A DNA stretch of 64,000 nucleotides from Euprymna scolopes. Taxonomy: Eukaryota. The position numbers and the translations under genes were made by a program. The stretch lies in the NCBI GenBank assembly GCA_053919585.1, contig CM132793.1. The stretch is one strand, 5' to 3'. The notes under the pieces are model-generated. The model was not told where the DNA came from. It made no database searches and saw only the letters and a program-made list of their open reading frames with translations. Of this stretch, positions 1 through 12,082 are shown one piece after another; position 1 is the first letter of the stretch; the number at the start of each line of letters is the position of its first letter.

Positions 1-640
1 ACACCGTTATGTATTATAGACCTTTTTTTTTAATTCTATATGGCGATGCCCGAATGTCAATTAGGAAACGTATAAGCCAACAATTTCAACTTCCTGTTAT
101 GGATAGAATAGCAATTTGTGTTCAATGTCATTGTATAGACAGTTAAACCTATTATTATATTAAGACGATTTACAATTTAAAAAATATAATCGCATATTGA
201 ATGAAGAACTTATAAACTTTGCTTCTAGCATAAAGTTAAATAATGTTATTCCTACGTGCTCTTCATAAAAGTTCAGATTGCCAATCATAGCTGGATTTAC
301 TTTATTGGAACAAATCTGTTTCTCTTTTACTACGTCCGCCAAGTATTTTATTTAATGGTTTGGTCATTTGCTTATGTACAGTCTTGTGTACAAATCGCTT
401 GATCATAAATCGTCGTCAAACTTGGTCAAATATCATTCATGGTTTAGCTTCAAAATTATTGAAGTTGAGGATATTTAGGTTAAATGTCATTCTGAAGTAA
501 GTAAAAATGTAAAAGTCAAACTTTTGATGATAACTTCGGTTTCGATCCTCGTAAGGACACAATATTTGGCCCATATTGTAGTCAATGAAGTCCCGTTGAA
601 CGTTCCGTGTAATTTCCACGTAAAAGTTTTCTAGATTTTA
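1..640 (-). pseudogene. Possible highly decayed Penelope-like RT fragment
   Basis: Minus-strand translation fragments NNFEAKP..VHK, FISSSFNMRLYFLN and LYNDIEH resemble Penelope RT motifs in the expected order, but with many stops and frameshifts. Recognised by eye only. Confidence 0.3.
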
Positions 641-710
641 TCTATGGATCTGATGCTCCATGATAATAGTAACTGCTATGCAATATTTCAGACTAATAAC
701 TAAAATTAGT

Positions 711-2326
711 TATCAACATTTCCATGGCATAAACTTTTCCATGGGATAAACTTTTCCATGACATCAACTTTTCCATGATATCAACTTTTCCATATCAACT
801 TTTCCATGGCATCACCTTTTCCATGATATAAACTTTTCAATGATATCAACTTTTCCATGGCATCAACTTTTCCATGATATCAACTTTTCCATGGAAACAA
901 CTTTCCCATGGCATCAACTTTTCCATGACATCAACTCTCCAATGATATCAACTTTCCATGATCAACCTTTCAATGGCATCAACTTTTCAATGATATCAAC
1001 TTTTACATGACATCAAGTTTTACATGATATCAACTTTTCCATGATATAACTCCTCCATGATATCAACCTTTCCATGGCGTCAACTTTTCCATGATATCAA
1101 CTTTTACATGACATCAACTTTTCCATGATATAAACTTTTCCATGGCATCAACTTTTCCATGATATAAACTTTTCCATGGCATCAACTTTTCCATGATATC
1201 AACTTTTCCATGATATCAACTTTCCCATGGTATCAACTTTTGCATATCAACCTTTCCATGATTTCAACTTTTCCATAACATCAACTTTTCCATGATATCA
1301 AATTTTCCATGATATCAACTTTTCTTTATCAACTTTTCCATGGCATCAACTTTTCCATGATATCAACTTTTCCATGACATCAACTTTTCCATGGCATAAA
1401 CTTTTCCATGACATCAACTTTTTCATGATATCAACTTTTCCATGACATCAACTTTTCCATGGAAACAACTTTCCCATGGCATCAACTTTTCCATGGCATA
1501 AACTTTTCCATGATATCAACTTTTCAATGGCATCAATTTTTCCATGATATCAACTTTTCCATGATATCAACTTTTCAATGGTATCAACTTTTCAATGATA
1601 TCAACTTTTTCATGACATCAACTTTTTCATGACATCAACTTTTCCATGATATCAACTTTTCCATGATATCAACTTTCCTTATCAACTTTTCCATGGCATC
1701 AACTTTTCCATGATATCAACTTTTCCATGATATCAATTTTTCCATATCAACTTTTCCACATCAACTTTTCCATGATATCAACTTTTCAATGGCATCAACT
1801 TTTCCATGATATCAACTTTTCCATGATATCAACTTTTCAATGGTATCAACTTTTCAATGATATCAACTTTTTCATGACATCAACTTTTTCATGACATCAA
1901 CTTTTTCATGACATCAACTTTTCCATGATATCAACTTTTCCATGATATCAATTTTTCCATATCAACTTTTCCACATCAACTTTTCCATAACATCAACTTT
2001 TCCATGATATCAATTTTCCATGATATCAACTTTTCCATGGCATCAACTTTTCCATGGCATCAACTTTTCAATGATATCAAATTTTCCATGGCATCAACTT
2101 TTCAATGGCATCAACTTTTCCATGGCATCAAATTTTCCATGACATCAACTTTTCAATGGCATCAACTTTTCCATGATATCAAATTTTCCATGATATCAAA
2201 TTTTCCATGACATCAACTTTTCGATGATATCATTTTTTCCATGATATCAACTTTTCAATGGTATCAACTTTTCCATGATATCAACTTTTCCATGGCATCA
2301 ACTTTTCCATGGCATCAACTTTTCCA
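711..2326. repeat. 17-bp tandem satellite, consensus (GAT/GGC/GAC)ATCAACTTTTCCAT, about 95 copies
   Basis: Direct periodicity. Variant blocks such as CCATGGAAACAACTTTCCCATGG recur near 890 and 1460. Confidence 0.97.
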
Positions 2327-3342
2327 GTTTGAGAATATTCCATAGAATATTATGAAATAAGGCGCATTCTTACGTTGTCAGGTGGATACATGCTGTCCCA
2401 TGACTGATTATGTTCTTATTTTCCTATCGCTCATCCATTTCAACGAACTGCGATTCGGTGTTTCCAATTATTAAATCATTTATTTTATCCAGTTCTGCTA
2501 TGTTTAAAAGCTTCCTAACTTTTGTGTTTATATTTTATTTAAGAAAGTAGATATTTTATTTCGCATTGCAAAATTTTCAGGACTTTTTCCATGCATTCCC
2601 TCTAACATCACCTGGAATTGTCAAAAAGAAAAATAATTTGATGCTGTAAAAACTTATTAGAACCAGTTTTAAAAACAAGTCAGTATTAACTGATTGTCAT
2701 TTTTCCTTCTAATTTTTGGTTCCTTGAAATCAAAAAATGAAAAACTGAAAGCGTTTACATGTCAGTAAGTTGCAATTACATAATTTTGACTGGATTTTGA
2801 CGAGGGTCACTTTTAATGCATGTCACGGTGGCCTATCTACAAATAGAATTATACCCAGAGACGGATGAAGTGATTTGAAGTAAGTGACAAAGGTCAAAGT
2901 TCGTAGTCGAGACAGTGGTACAATAACGAGGATGTAACGAATGAGTCACGTTTTCAAGCAAAAGAAAACTAAGGGATTCGGCTCAATCTCGCTTTGGAAG
3001 CCGTGCAGATGGGACATGGTCCAACATTGTAGAATAATCTCAGACAAATGTCACTTCGATGTCTGCTTGTCTGTGTTTCCTGAGTTAAAAACTAAGTTAA
3101 AAAGGAAATAATTTTAATTATCTCCTTCTCTCTGATAAAACCTTGAAGAACTCAGTGAACGTCTTCTTTGTATTGATGCATCAGTTTATTCGAACACCAA
3201 CCACTAGACCACACGACCATTCATGAAACGACGACGACGAAAAGACAGCGACAATGCAAAGAATAAGAAAGAAAGAGAGAGAGACAGATACGGGAAATGC
3301 TCATTACCCTGGGGTTCCGATTTCGAATCTCGCTATATTCAG

Positions 3343-3383
3343 CCACTCTGATGAGTCGTAGACGACGAAAAACGTGTCAATGG
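3343..3383 (+). ncRNA. Degenerate minimal type I hammerhead ribozyme (Penelope pLTR/retrozyme type)
   Basis: CCACT-CTGATGA-GTCG(TAGA)CGAC-GAAA-AACGT-GTC-AATGG. It has the CUGAUGA and GAAA core boxes, a perfect stem II, a GUC cleavage triplet and 4 of 5 stem I pairs. Stem III has a mismatch. Confidence 0.55.
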
Positions 3384-3502
3384 ATAATTATATTTTAAAA
3401 ATATATATATATATATAAATCCGTAATCCTGTATGTGTGTTTGTTATTTTGTTTGTTCACAATTTGATTAATATATACAAAACTTCCTGCTGAAAACGGT
3501 TA

Positions 3503-4791
3503 TCTATATACATTTTATTTACTATAAGATTTACTATATAAATAAATAGCATCACGATCAATATATATACACTATATTGAAGGCAATGTACATAATAGAA
3601 CTAATCTAATTTGCATATTATATTAAAGAAAATCTTTTTAAATAATTCGCTCAATTAAAATTACTGATTATAGTAATGTAATTGATGTAATTGTTCTATT
3701 TCAGAGTATTATTTAAAGTTAATTTATTTAAATTATTTTAATTCAAGTTATTTTGTACTATTTGCTAAACTGGCACATTTTAAGTAATTTTCACTGACAT
3801 TTCACTTCCGGTTATGAACGGATATAGTTTTTAACCAAATCGAGAGATATGGTGATAAAATGATTTGTTTTAATTATTTATTTTCTATAAATGTAAAAGT
3901 TACAAATATTGATAAAAAAAATAAATAATTAGGCTAAGGATGAATTTATTTTTCGACGAAATATTTTTAATCGTTAGCCCTCTATTAAAGTCTCGGCTAT
4001 AAATGACGATTCATTATGAGCACGTTTACCAAAAGGGTAAAATTTATTTCCTACGGACGATTTTAAAATCATTTTTCAACTATTCACTTGACTGTCTGAA
4101 TTTTATTATCGTTTCCATAATACTTTGAAAAAGAAACAAGGTAAAGTAATGCGTTTTATATCAGATATATTCCTACGCGCTTTTTTTTTTTCACTTTTTT
4201 TTCTTCGATTTTCTTTTGAGAAAGATCTTATGTTTTCCTGTCTGGGTAATTGATTTAGTTGATAATATATATTTGTGTGGGGAAGTTTCGACGTAATTAT
4301 GGTTTTTTTTCGAGGGGAGGGGGTGTCGCTTTATGTCTCAGCGTCACTCAAAGAAAAATAATTGCAGAAGTACAAAAATGCGGGTGTTTTTATCTGTTTA
4401 GTACTTCTGCAGTTTACGAACCGTGCTATTTTTTAGATATGATTTACAAGTGTAATTCAATTTTTGCCGTATCTTTTGTTTATTAAATTTTTATGTGAAA
4501 GTCCTTCCTTTATTAAAAATGGGGTACTTTTTATATACACAACCAAGCATAGTTTATCCGCAAAAATCCTAATTTACATTTTTGGGAGCAACACAAACAG
4601 AAAACGGACCAGTACAGTTTTTTTTCTATGTAATGCAGAACTTTCGTTTACATTTTTACCAGTGGTACAAGAAATGTCGTTTACCCAGAAGTTTTGGTTT
4701 CGAACCTGTAATTACATAAATATTAAAAGAATGCCAATTAGTATTGTGTAATACAAATATATCCGTAGCAAAGCTCGGGTAAATCGGCTAG
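3503..4791 (+). mobile_element. Candidate non-autonomous Helitron
   Basis: 3' end CCGTAGCAAAGCTCGGGTAAATCGG-CTAG|T (short imperfect hairpin, CTAG at 4788-4791, then T). Candidate 5' end A|TCTATATAC at 3503; this boundary is uncertain. Confidence 0.4.
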
Positions 4792-4832
4792 TATATATAT
4801 ATATTCACACAAATACATGTATATGCAGTTCC

Positions 4833-5026
4833 ATAATTTTCTTTATTTATACAAACATCGTTGGCTACATATGTGCATACATGTTTCAGCTGCGATTTCT
4901 TTCGAAATCAAGTCATTAAGCAACTAATCACAACTGGTTTTAAATGTGAGTGAAAGGAACTACAGCTGAAACATATATGTATATATGTAGCCATTGGTGT
5001 TTCTATAAATTAACAAATAAAATTAT
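4833..5026. mobile_element. Short foldback/MITE-like element
   Basis: Imperfect inverted arms of about 60 bp: GGCTACATATGTGCATACATGTTTCAGCTG ... CAGCTGAAACATATATGTATATATGTAGCC. Confidence 0.5.
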
Positions 5027-5120
5027 ATAATAATACAGTTTTCTTTGATTTATGTACTTTTTTAAAATCCAAGAAGTTTCATTAGATTTTCATTCTAGGA
5101 AACCATAAGGCAATAGTTAT

Positions 5121-5122
<2 letters not shown>

Positions 5123-5164
<42 letters not shown>

Positions 5165-5175
5165 AGAGAGAGAGA
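5123..5175. repeat. (GT)n(GA)n microsatellite
   Basis: Direct reading. Confidence 0.95.
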
Positions 5176-6399
5176 ATGAGTGTCGGAAAGACAGAGAGGA
5201 AGATAGCTCTGTGATCTTCTCTCTTTCACAGTCTCGAGAATTGCTCAAACAGTCGTAAATATAAAAAAAATATTCGCAATTCAAAAAATAATGTCATTAA
5301 AAAATTTTGGTGAGGAATACTTTAACTTTAAGTGGAGGCTAAAAGCCCGCACAGATCAAAACGCAGGAGGCTAGGTTATTTGCTATGACACCGTCAAACG
5401 AACACCACGTGACCTAAGTTTTTCCAAGCTGAAAACAAGGCTCGAATTTCCTCTGTGATATTTGCACCCGACAGTTTTTTATTTAATCTTCAAACTTTTT
5501 TAAAATTTCCACCACGAGATGAAGTAGAAAGTTGCAAAGCCACTAAATTTGAGAAAATTGACAAAAATTACTAACAAGTTGGACAACTGTATAATCATTA
5601 CTGTTAACGCTCTCCGCTGGACCTCATCCTGCGCCGAGAAGCATCTTTATCAATTTTCTCGACAGTTAGGAATTAATTGTGCCCACAAAACAACTTAACA
5701 TTTATATGGCGAAATGAATTCGTAAAAATTAATTTTTCTTTGTTTTTTTTTTTTTTAATTTTCTTCTGATAATCGAAAAATTATTATTGTTTAGCTAGTA
5801 ATCATAAAATATTAAAATAAGAACTGCGGTCAAAGATTAAACTTACGACGTTTAGTGTCGTAAAACCTCTACTATGAGTATACGTGTGACCACTTTGTTT
5901 TCTTTTTTTCTACACACAGATATCTTTTCTAGGAAAAGAATGTATTGCGACTTTTGTTAAATTGCGTGCATAAGAACGTGAGAGAGCATTTGATCGACAC
6001 ATTGCTCGCAACACATTGCTCGCAACACATTGCTGGGCAGACGACACATGACTACAGATGACGCTGTTTTGAAGATTTTCGTACCTTTTTCCATTATCTT
6101 TTAACACACAGAGATTGATTTGAAAAAATTCATTTTCGCACCTCGACTTGAAAGGACTGAGTGACAAAGATGCATAATAGAGACTGTGCAGCGTTAAACA
6201 AACTACAACTGGATATTGGTGAACTGCCTTATCGAACGTATTGGAATCAGCCATCCATTTTAGGCGCGTGTGTTGCAGTTGATCTACAATTCCTGGTTTA
6301 GAAATAAGTTTATTCCTAATTTCTTTATTAAGATTGTGGTAAAGTTTCACTTGAAAACGACAAAAATGGTGAGGATGGGATTAGTAATTATTGCTGCTT

Positions 6400-7020
6400 A
6401 ATTATGTTAAACACAAATTAACGATTTGAGCCAAGGTCGTAACTCTAAATTTACAGGCTGCCCTAACTAGTTAGATTGTACCGAACATACTTATGTAGCA
6501 TGACAAATAGGAGATAATCTTAATTTGGTGCGCTGGATCATAGAGTAGGTCGACACAGATGCCAAACTGATCAATTTAGCTCAGTCGAAAGCATTAGGGT
6601 GGACCATAGTTCAATGTAGGTTGCCTCTGAATATGACAGTTATAGCAATCAATTTTGCTCAAGGATTCGCCTTTTGTATTCATTCTCCAGTGCTATGGAA
6701 GATATAACTGGTGGAAGAAGATTAAAATCTTCGTGGCTGTCCATTCCGAAGCAATCTAAAGCCAAATTCGCCCATAGGCGGTATTATCGTGTTGAGTGCT
6801 AGCATTTCGGTAAAGTACACTGTCAATACCGACAAAATGAATGTACCTGTAACAAGCAATGCAGAGGTAGACGTCCTCGGCGTTAAAAAAAAAAAAAGAT
6901 GATATTAATGGTAACAAAGGCCGATATCAACTCATGTTTGGGTTCTTTCCTCCCGCGCAGTTCAGCTGAACGGACGGGACGTACAAGTTACTCGCCATCT
7001 GGTATCGCCTTGACTTTCTT
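6400..7020 (+). pseudogene. Decayed L1/Tx1-like RT remnant
   Basis: NLAQSKA..(RV)DH near 6572-6608 (compare LDQSKAFDRVDH) and RGCP near 6732 (compare QGCP), in RT order. Heavily disrupted. Confidence 0.35.
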
Positions 7021-7654
7021 CATCAAAATTGGTTGAAGGTATTGGTATTTTTTTATAATGTATTTTTTTTTTTTTTTTTTTGTCTTTTATGATGTTCTGA
7101 CGATGGATACGCTTGAAGTATATGTTTAATGCATGCGTTGTGAATTAAAATAATGTATATCCCAGCACCTCATTTTACCATCAAGTGCGTCCCAAACATA
7201 ACCAATCCAAACAAAATTAGATTTTTAGTAGTGCTTTATTTTAATTATATTTCATGTTTTTAAATATAAGCAATATTTTTAGCAAGAACCGTATTTACCG
7301 ATATAAACTTCTATGAAAATATTTTACAATCTACTTTTGAAAGGAAGTTGTAACACATGTCAACACTAGAGATCATATAACTCCCAGATAGATCCCCATA
7401 TGCTTGGAGACTACTCTTAACAAACAATACGCCCCTTTTTTTTCGGTTGTAACCAACAAAATTCAAAATTCTCCCATTTAAATGAAATTTTCAGAATGCA
7501 TTCAATAAATGATATTTCATAAAGAATACATGTTTGCAAATTTAAAATCATAACTATTTTCAACACAATTTAACAGTTGGCCAGATTATCATGTATGTGC
7601 AGTAAGATCAACATTAGGAACTTACATCAAATGGATTCATACTATGTCTATGTA

Positions 7655-8938
7655 CGAGGGGCGTGCAATAAGTAATGCCCCTGACCCACTTCCAGTTGTC
7701 AGATCTAGCTGAAATTTTGCATGTGCAATGATTTATATCTCTACGGGTTATGTGACAAATTACACTAATTGTAGTTTCTGTTTTACAGGTGTTTGAACTG
7801 AGTCAGGTGTGAAATGGAGCCTGTTGAATGTCGAGCAGTGATCCGGTTTTTGTATTTGAAAGGACGCACACCACAGGAGACTTTTGATGAAATGAAAGAA
7901 ACTTATGGTGATAATGCCCCATCATATAACCTTGTAAAACGCTGGCATCATGAATTCAAACATGGCCGGAAGTCTGTAGAAACACCTCCCAGACCTGATC
8001 GCCCCCTTCTGCCATTGATGAGGCATCTGTCCGTTAAGTTGAGGCTGCCATTTTGGAAGATCGGCGCATTACTATTCGCCAAATAGCCCAAGATGTCAAG
8101 ATTAGTACAGGGTCTGTGGAAACTATCATTCATGACCATTTGTATATGCATAAGTTGTCTGCCAGATGGATTCCCATGTTGCTCACACCATTCCAGAAGC
8201 GAGAACGCGTCGAGTGCTCGAGGATGAATTTGGAGATGTGCCAAGAAGATGAGTCAAAGTTTTTCAAAAGACTGATTACACAGGATGAAACCTGGGTCCA
8301 TCACTATGATCCAGAGACCAAAGCCCAGTCAATGCAGTGGAAGCACTTGGACTCACCACCTCCAAAGAAGACAAGGGTCCAGCCCTCCGCTGGCAAGGTC
8401 ATGCTCACAGTCTTCTGGTACCAGGACGGAGTAATGATGACAGATTTCCTGGCAAAGGGTACCACAATTACAGGAGTCTATTATGCTTCACTTTTGAGGA
8501 AATTAAGGGAAGCTATCAAAATCAAGAGGCGGGGCAAGATCAGCAAAGGTACCCTCCTCCTGCAGGACAACGCTCCGGTCCACAACTCGCATGTCACCAG
8601 ATCCGAAGCACGGGCGTGATGTTATGAAATCCTTTCCCATCCTCCCTACTCTCCTGACCTTGCACCCTCTGACTTTCACCTCTTCCCAGCCATGAAGTTG
8701 TTTTTGAAAGGAAAGCGTTTCCCAGGTGATGCAGTCTTGATTTCTGAAGTCACGTCGTGGTTGGAGGACCAACCCGGAGTGTTCTACAAAAACGGTCTTC
8801 AGAGCTGCATCAAACGATGGGAGAAATGCATAACTTTGGATGGTTCCTATGTAGAGAAAGACTAATAACTGTGCCAAGTTTCGTTGCTCTACTGCTATGG
8901 GAAGTGGGTCAGGGGCATTACTTATTGCATGCCCCTCG
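7655..8938 (+). mobile_element. Full-length mariner DNA transposon, 1284 bp, probably irritans-type
   Basis: 39-bp TIRs (7655-7693 and 8900-8938, one mismatch) CGAGGGGCRTGCAATAAGTAATGCCCCTGACCCACTTCC. TA duplication at 7653-7654 and 8939-8940. Confidence 0.97.
7814..8865 (+). pseudogene. Mariner DD34D transposase, inactivated
   Basis: N-terminal HTH region, then WIPMLL, TQDETW, QDNAPVH and YSPDLAPSD, with 34 codons between the last two catalytic Asp. Frameshift near 8005; stops at 8035-8037 and 8617-8619. Confidence 0.95.
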
Positions 8939-9694
8939 TATTTCTAAAAAATATTCAAGTAAAAGATTAGAAATAAAACTTTGGTTCCACAGTTCTGCTA
9001 AAACTACCCGTTTCTCAATTCCTCATCAGATTTATCTGTGAAAGATGTTTATCAGATGTAGTAAAACCCAGTGAATTTATTTGTTTTCAGTTTTTTTTAT
9101 CGTTTTAACATTCATATGTTAAAAATTCAATGTTTTTAGACTCAGTCCTGTTTGTGTAAAACAGTCTTTGCTTTTATCCTTTCGATATTTTTTCATAATC
9201 GTCATTATCGTGAAAGTTATCCAAATAAAATAGGAAAAAAGCTGCATTTAAAACCTGCTGTTTTACAAACTGAGGAAAAGAACGTTAAAAGGGGAGGAAA
9301 TATTAACAGTTCAGAAAGAATATTCAATTACGAATAGAAAAATGATTCACGCAGAGAGAGAGAGGATCAATCACAGGAAGATGACGGGCAGAGAAGGAGT
9401 CTCTTGTTCCACCTGGGTGGTTGCTACCCGTCACTGGGGAGAACGAGGAGAAAAAACGCGATGAAACGAAAGATATTTGCTGCAAATTACGAACCGGAAA
9501 TAGACTGTGAAAACATTGCTAAACATTGGTGTCATGTTAATTTCGCAAACAAATTCAACTTGCGTCAAGATCAGCTTTCAACAATCTGTTCAATTTTCGC
9601 GCCTCTTTTCTCTTCTACTTTGATTTGTATGAATGTGATAGATTGAAACTTTAGGTAAAGAAGCTTCTAAAATTTATTAGAAAATATTGGTGTT

Positions 9695-11500
9695 GATATC
9701 AATAAATAGTATGAATTAATAAATGGTATGAATCAATAATTGGTATGATATTAATAAATGGTATGATATTATTATTGATAGTATGATATTAATAAATGGT
9801 ATGAATTATTATTATTGATAGTATGATATTATTATTGATAGTATGATATTAATAAATGGTATGAATAAATAAATTATTGATAGTATGATATTAATAAATG
9901 GTATGAATCAATAAATGGTATGATATTAATAAATGCTATGATATTATTATTGATAGTATGATATTAATAAATGGTATGAAATATTATTATTGATAGTATG
10001 ATATTATTGTTGATAGTATGATATTAATTATTGATAGTATGATATTATGAATTATTATTATTGATAGTATGATATTAATAAATGGTATGAATTATTATGG
10101 TATGATATTAATAAATTGTATGATATTATTATTGATAGTATGATATTAATAAATGGTATGAATCAATAAATGGTATGATATTAATAAATAGTATGATATT
10201 AATAAATGGTATGAATTAATAAATAATATGAATTAATAAATGGTATGATATTAATAAATGGTATGAATTAATAAATAGTATAACAATCATTGTATGATAT
10301 TAATAAATAGTATGAATTAATAAATGGTATGATATTAATAAATGGTATGATATTAATAAATAGTATGATATTAATAAATGGTATGAATTAATAAATGGTA
10401 TGATATTAATAAATGGTATGATATTAATAAATTGTATGAATTAATAAATGGTATGATATTAATAAATGGTATGAATTAATAAATGGTATGATATTAATAA
10501 ATGGTATGAATTATTATGGTATGATATTAATAAATTGTATGATATTATTATTGATAGTATGATATTAATAAATGGTATGAATCAATAAATGGTATGATAT
10601 TAATAAATGGTATGAATTAATAAATAATATGAATTAATAAATGGTATGATATTAATAAATGGTATCCAAATAAAATAGGAAAAAAGCTGCATTTAAAACC
10701 TTGCACCCTCTGACTTTCACCTCTTCCCAGCCATGAAGTTGTTTTTGAAAGGAAAGCGTTTCCCAGGTGATGCAGTCTTGATTTCTGAAGTAATATGAAT
10801 AATAAATGGTATGAATTAATAAATGGTATGAATTAATAAATGGTGTGGTATTAATAAATAGTATGATATTAATAAATGGTATGAATTAATAAATAGTATG
10901 AATTAATAAATGGTATGATATTAATAAATGGTATGATAAATATTAATAAATGGTATGATATTAATAAATGGTATGAATCAATAAATGGTATGAATTAATA
11001 AATGGTGTGGTATTAATAAATAGTATGATATTAATAAATGGTATGAATTAATAAATAGTATGAATTAATAAATGGTATGATATTAATAAATGGTATGATA
11101 AATATTAATAAATGGTATGATATTAATAAATGGTATGATATTAATAAATGGTATGAATCAATAAATGGTATGAATCAATAAATGGTATGAGTTAATAAAT
11201 AGTATGATATTAATAAATGGTATGATATTAATAAATAGTATGATATTGATAAATAGTATGAATTAATAAATGGTATGAATTAATAAATGGTATGATATTA
11301 ATAAATGGTATGATATTAATAAATGGTATGAATTAATAAATAGTATAAATTAATAAATGGTATGATAAATAGTATTAATTAATAAATGGTATGATATTAA
11401 TAAATGGTATGATATTAATAAATTGTATGAATTAATAAATAGTATGATATTAATAAATGGTATGAATTAATAAATGGTATGCTATTAATAAATGGTATGA
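9695..11500. repeat. AT-rich 17/18-bp satellite TAATAAATGGTATGA(T)AT
   Basis: Direct periodicity, interrupted at 10663-10791. Confidence 0.96.
10663..10791 (+). other. Chimeric locally templated insertion: copy of 9218-9256 fused to copy of 8657-8750
   Basis: Both parts match their nearby sources exactly by eye. Junction microhomologies are TAT and ACCT. Confidence 0.9.
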
Positions 11501-11604
11501 TAAAACTGAAGTTCATTTTTAAAAATAAGGATGTTGAAATGAATGCTTATAGGCACTAGGGTAACTTTAACATCAAAAGTGTTTATTTTATAGAGTCTAC
11601 TACT

Positions 11605-12082
11605 CTCTTCCCTGCAACCTCTCTCCCACAGAAGAGACGTTGCGAGCCTGTCTTTGTTTTGTTGTTATTTCCATGGCAAGTGCTCGTCTGAGCTCCAATC
11701 TATGGTCCCCTCCTCACCAATCTTTCACGAAAAACACCCGTCTAGCTGAAACCACTGTCAATAATTTTCTTTACTCTTTATCTGTGCCTAAATCCAAACG
11801 TAGATTCCATGAACAAAGCTTCTTTCTTAGAAGTGCATGCTTGTGGAACTCTCTTCCGTTTGCCTGTTTCCCACCTAACTACAACTTGGATGTCTTCAAG
11901 TCCAACATAAATAAATTCCTGATAAACCGCCCCCTTAAGTAAGACACTTTATCAAATCTCCATTACTAACGATTGCTACGATATTATCCCATTGATTACT
12001 GTACAAACAATAACCCTTATCCTCGTGTGGCTTCCGGGCCTTGATAAGTGGTGACTCCCATGTAAAAAAAAACAAAAAAAAA
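11605..12082 (+). mobile_element. 5'-truncated CR1/Jockey-group LINE 3' end with A-tail
   Basis: LQPLSHRRDVASL...FFLRSACLWNSLP...FKSNINK, then 3' UTR ending GATAAGTGGTGACTCCCATGT-polyA. Same family as 46748-47430. Confidence 0.85.
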
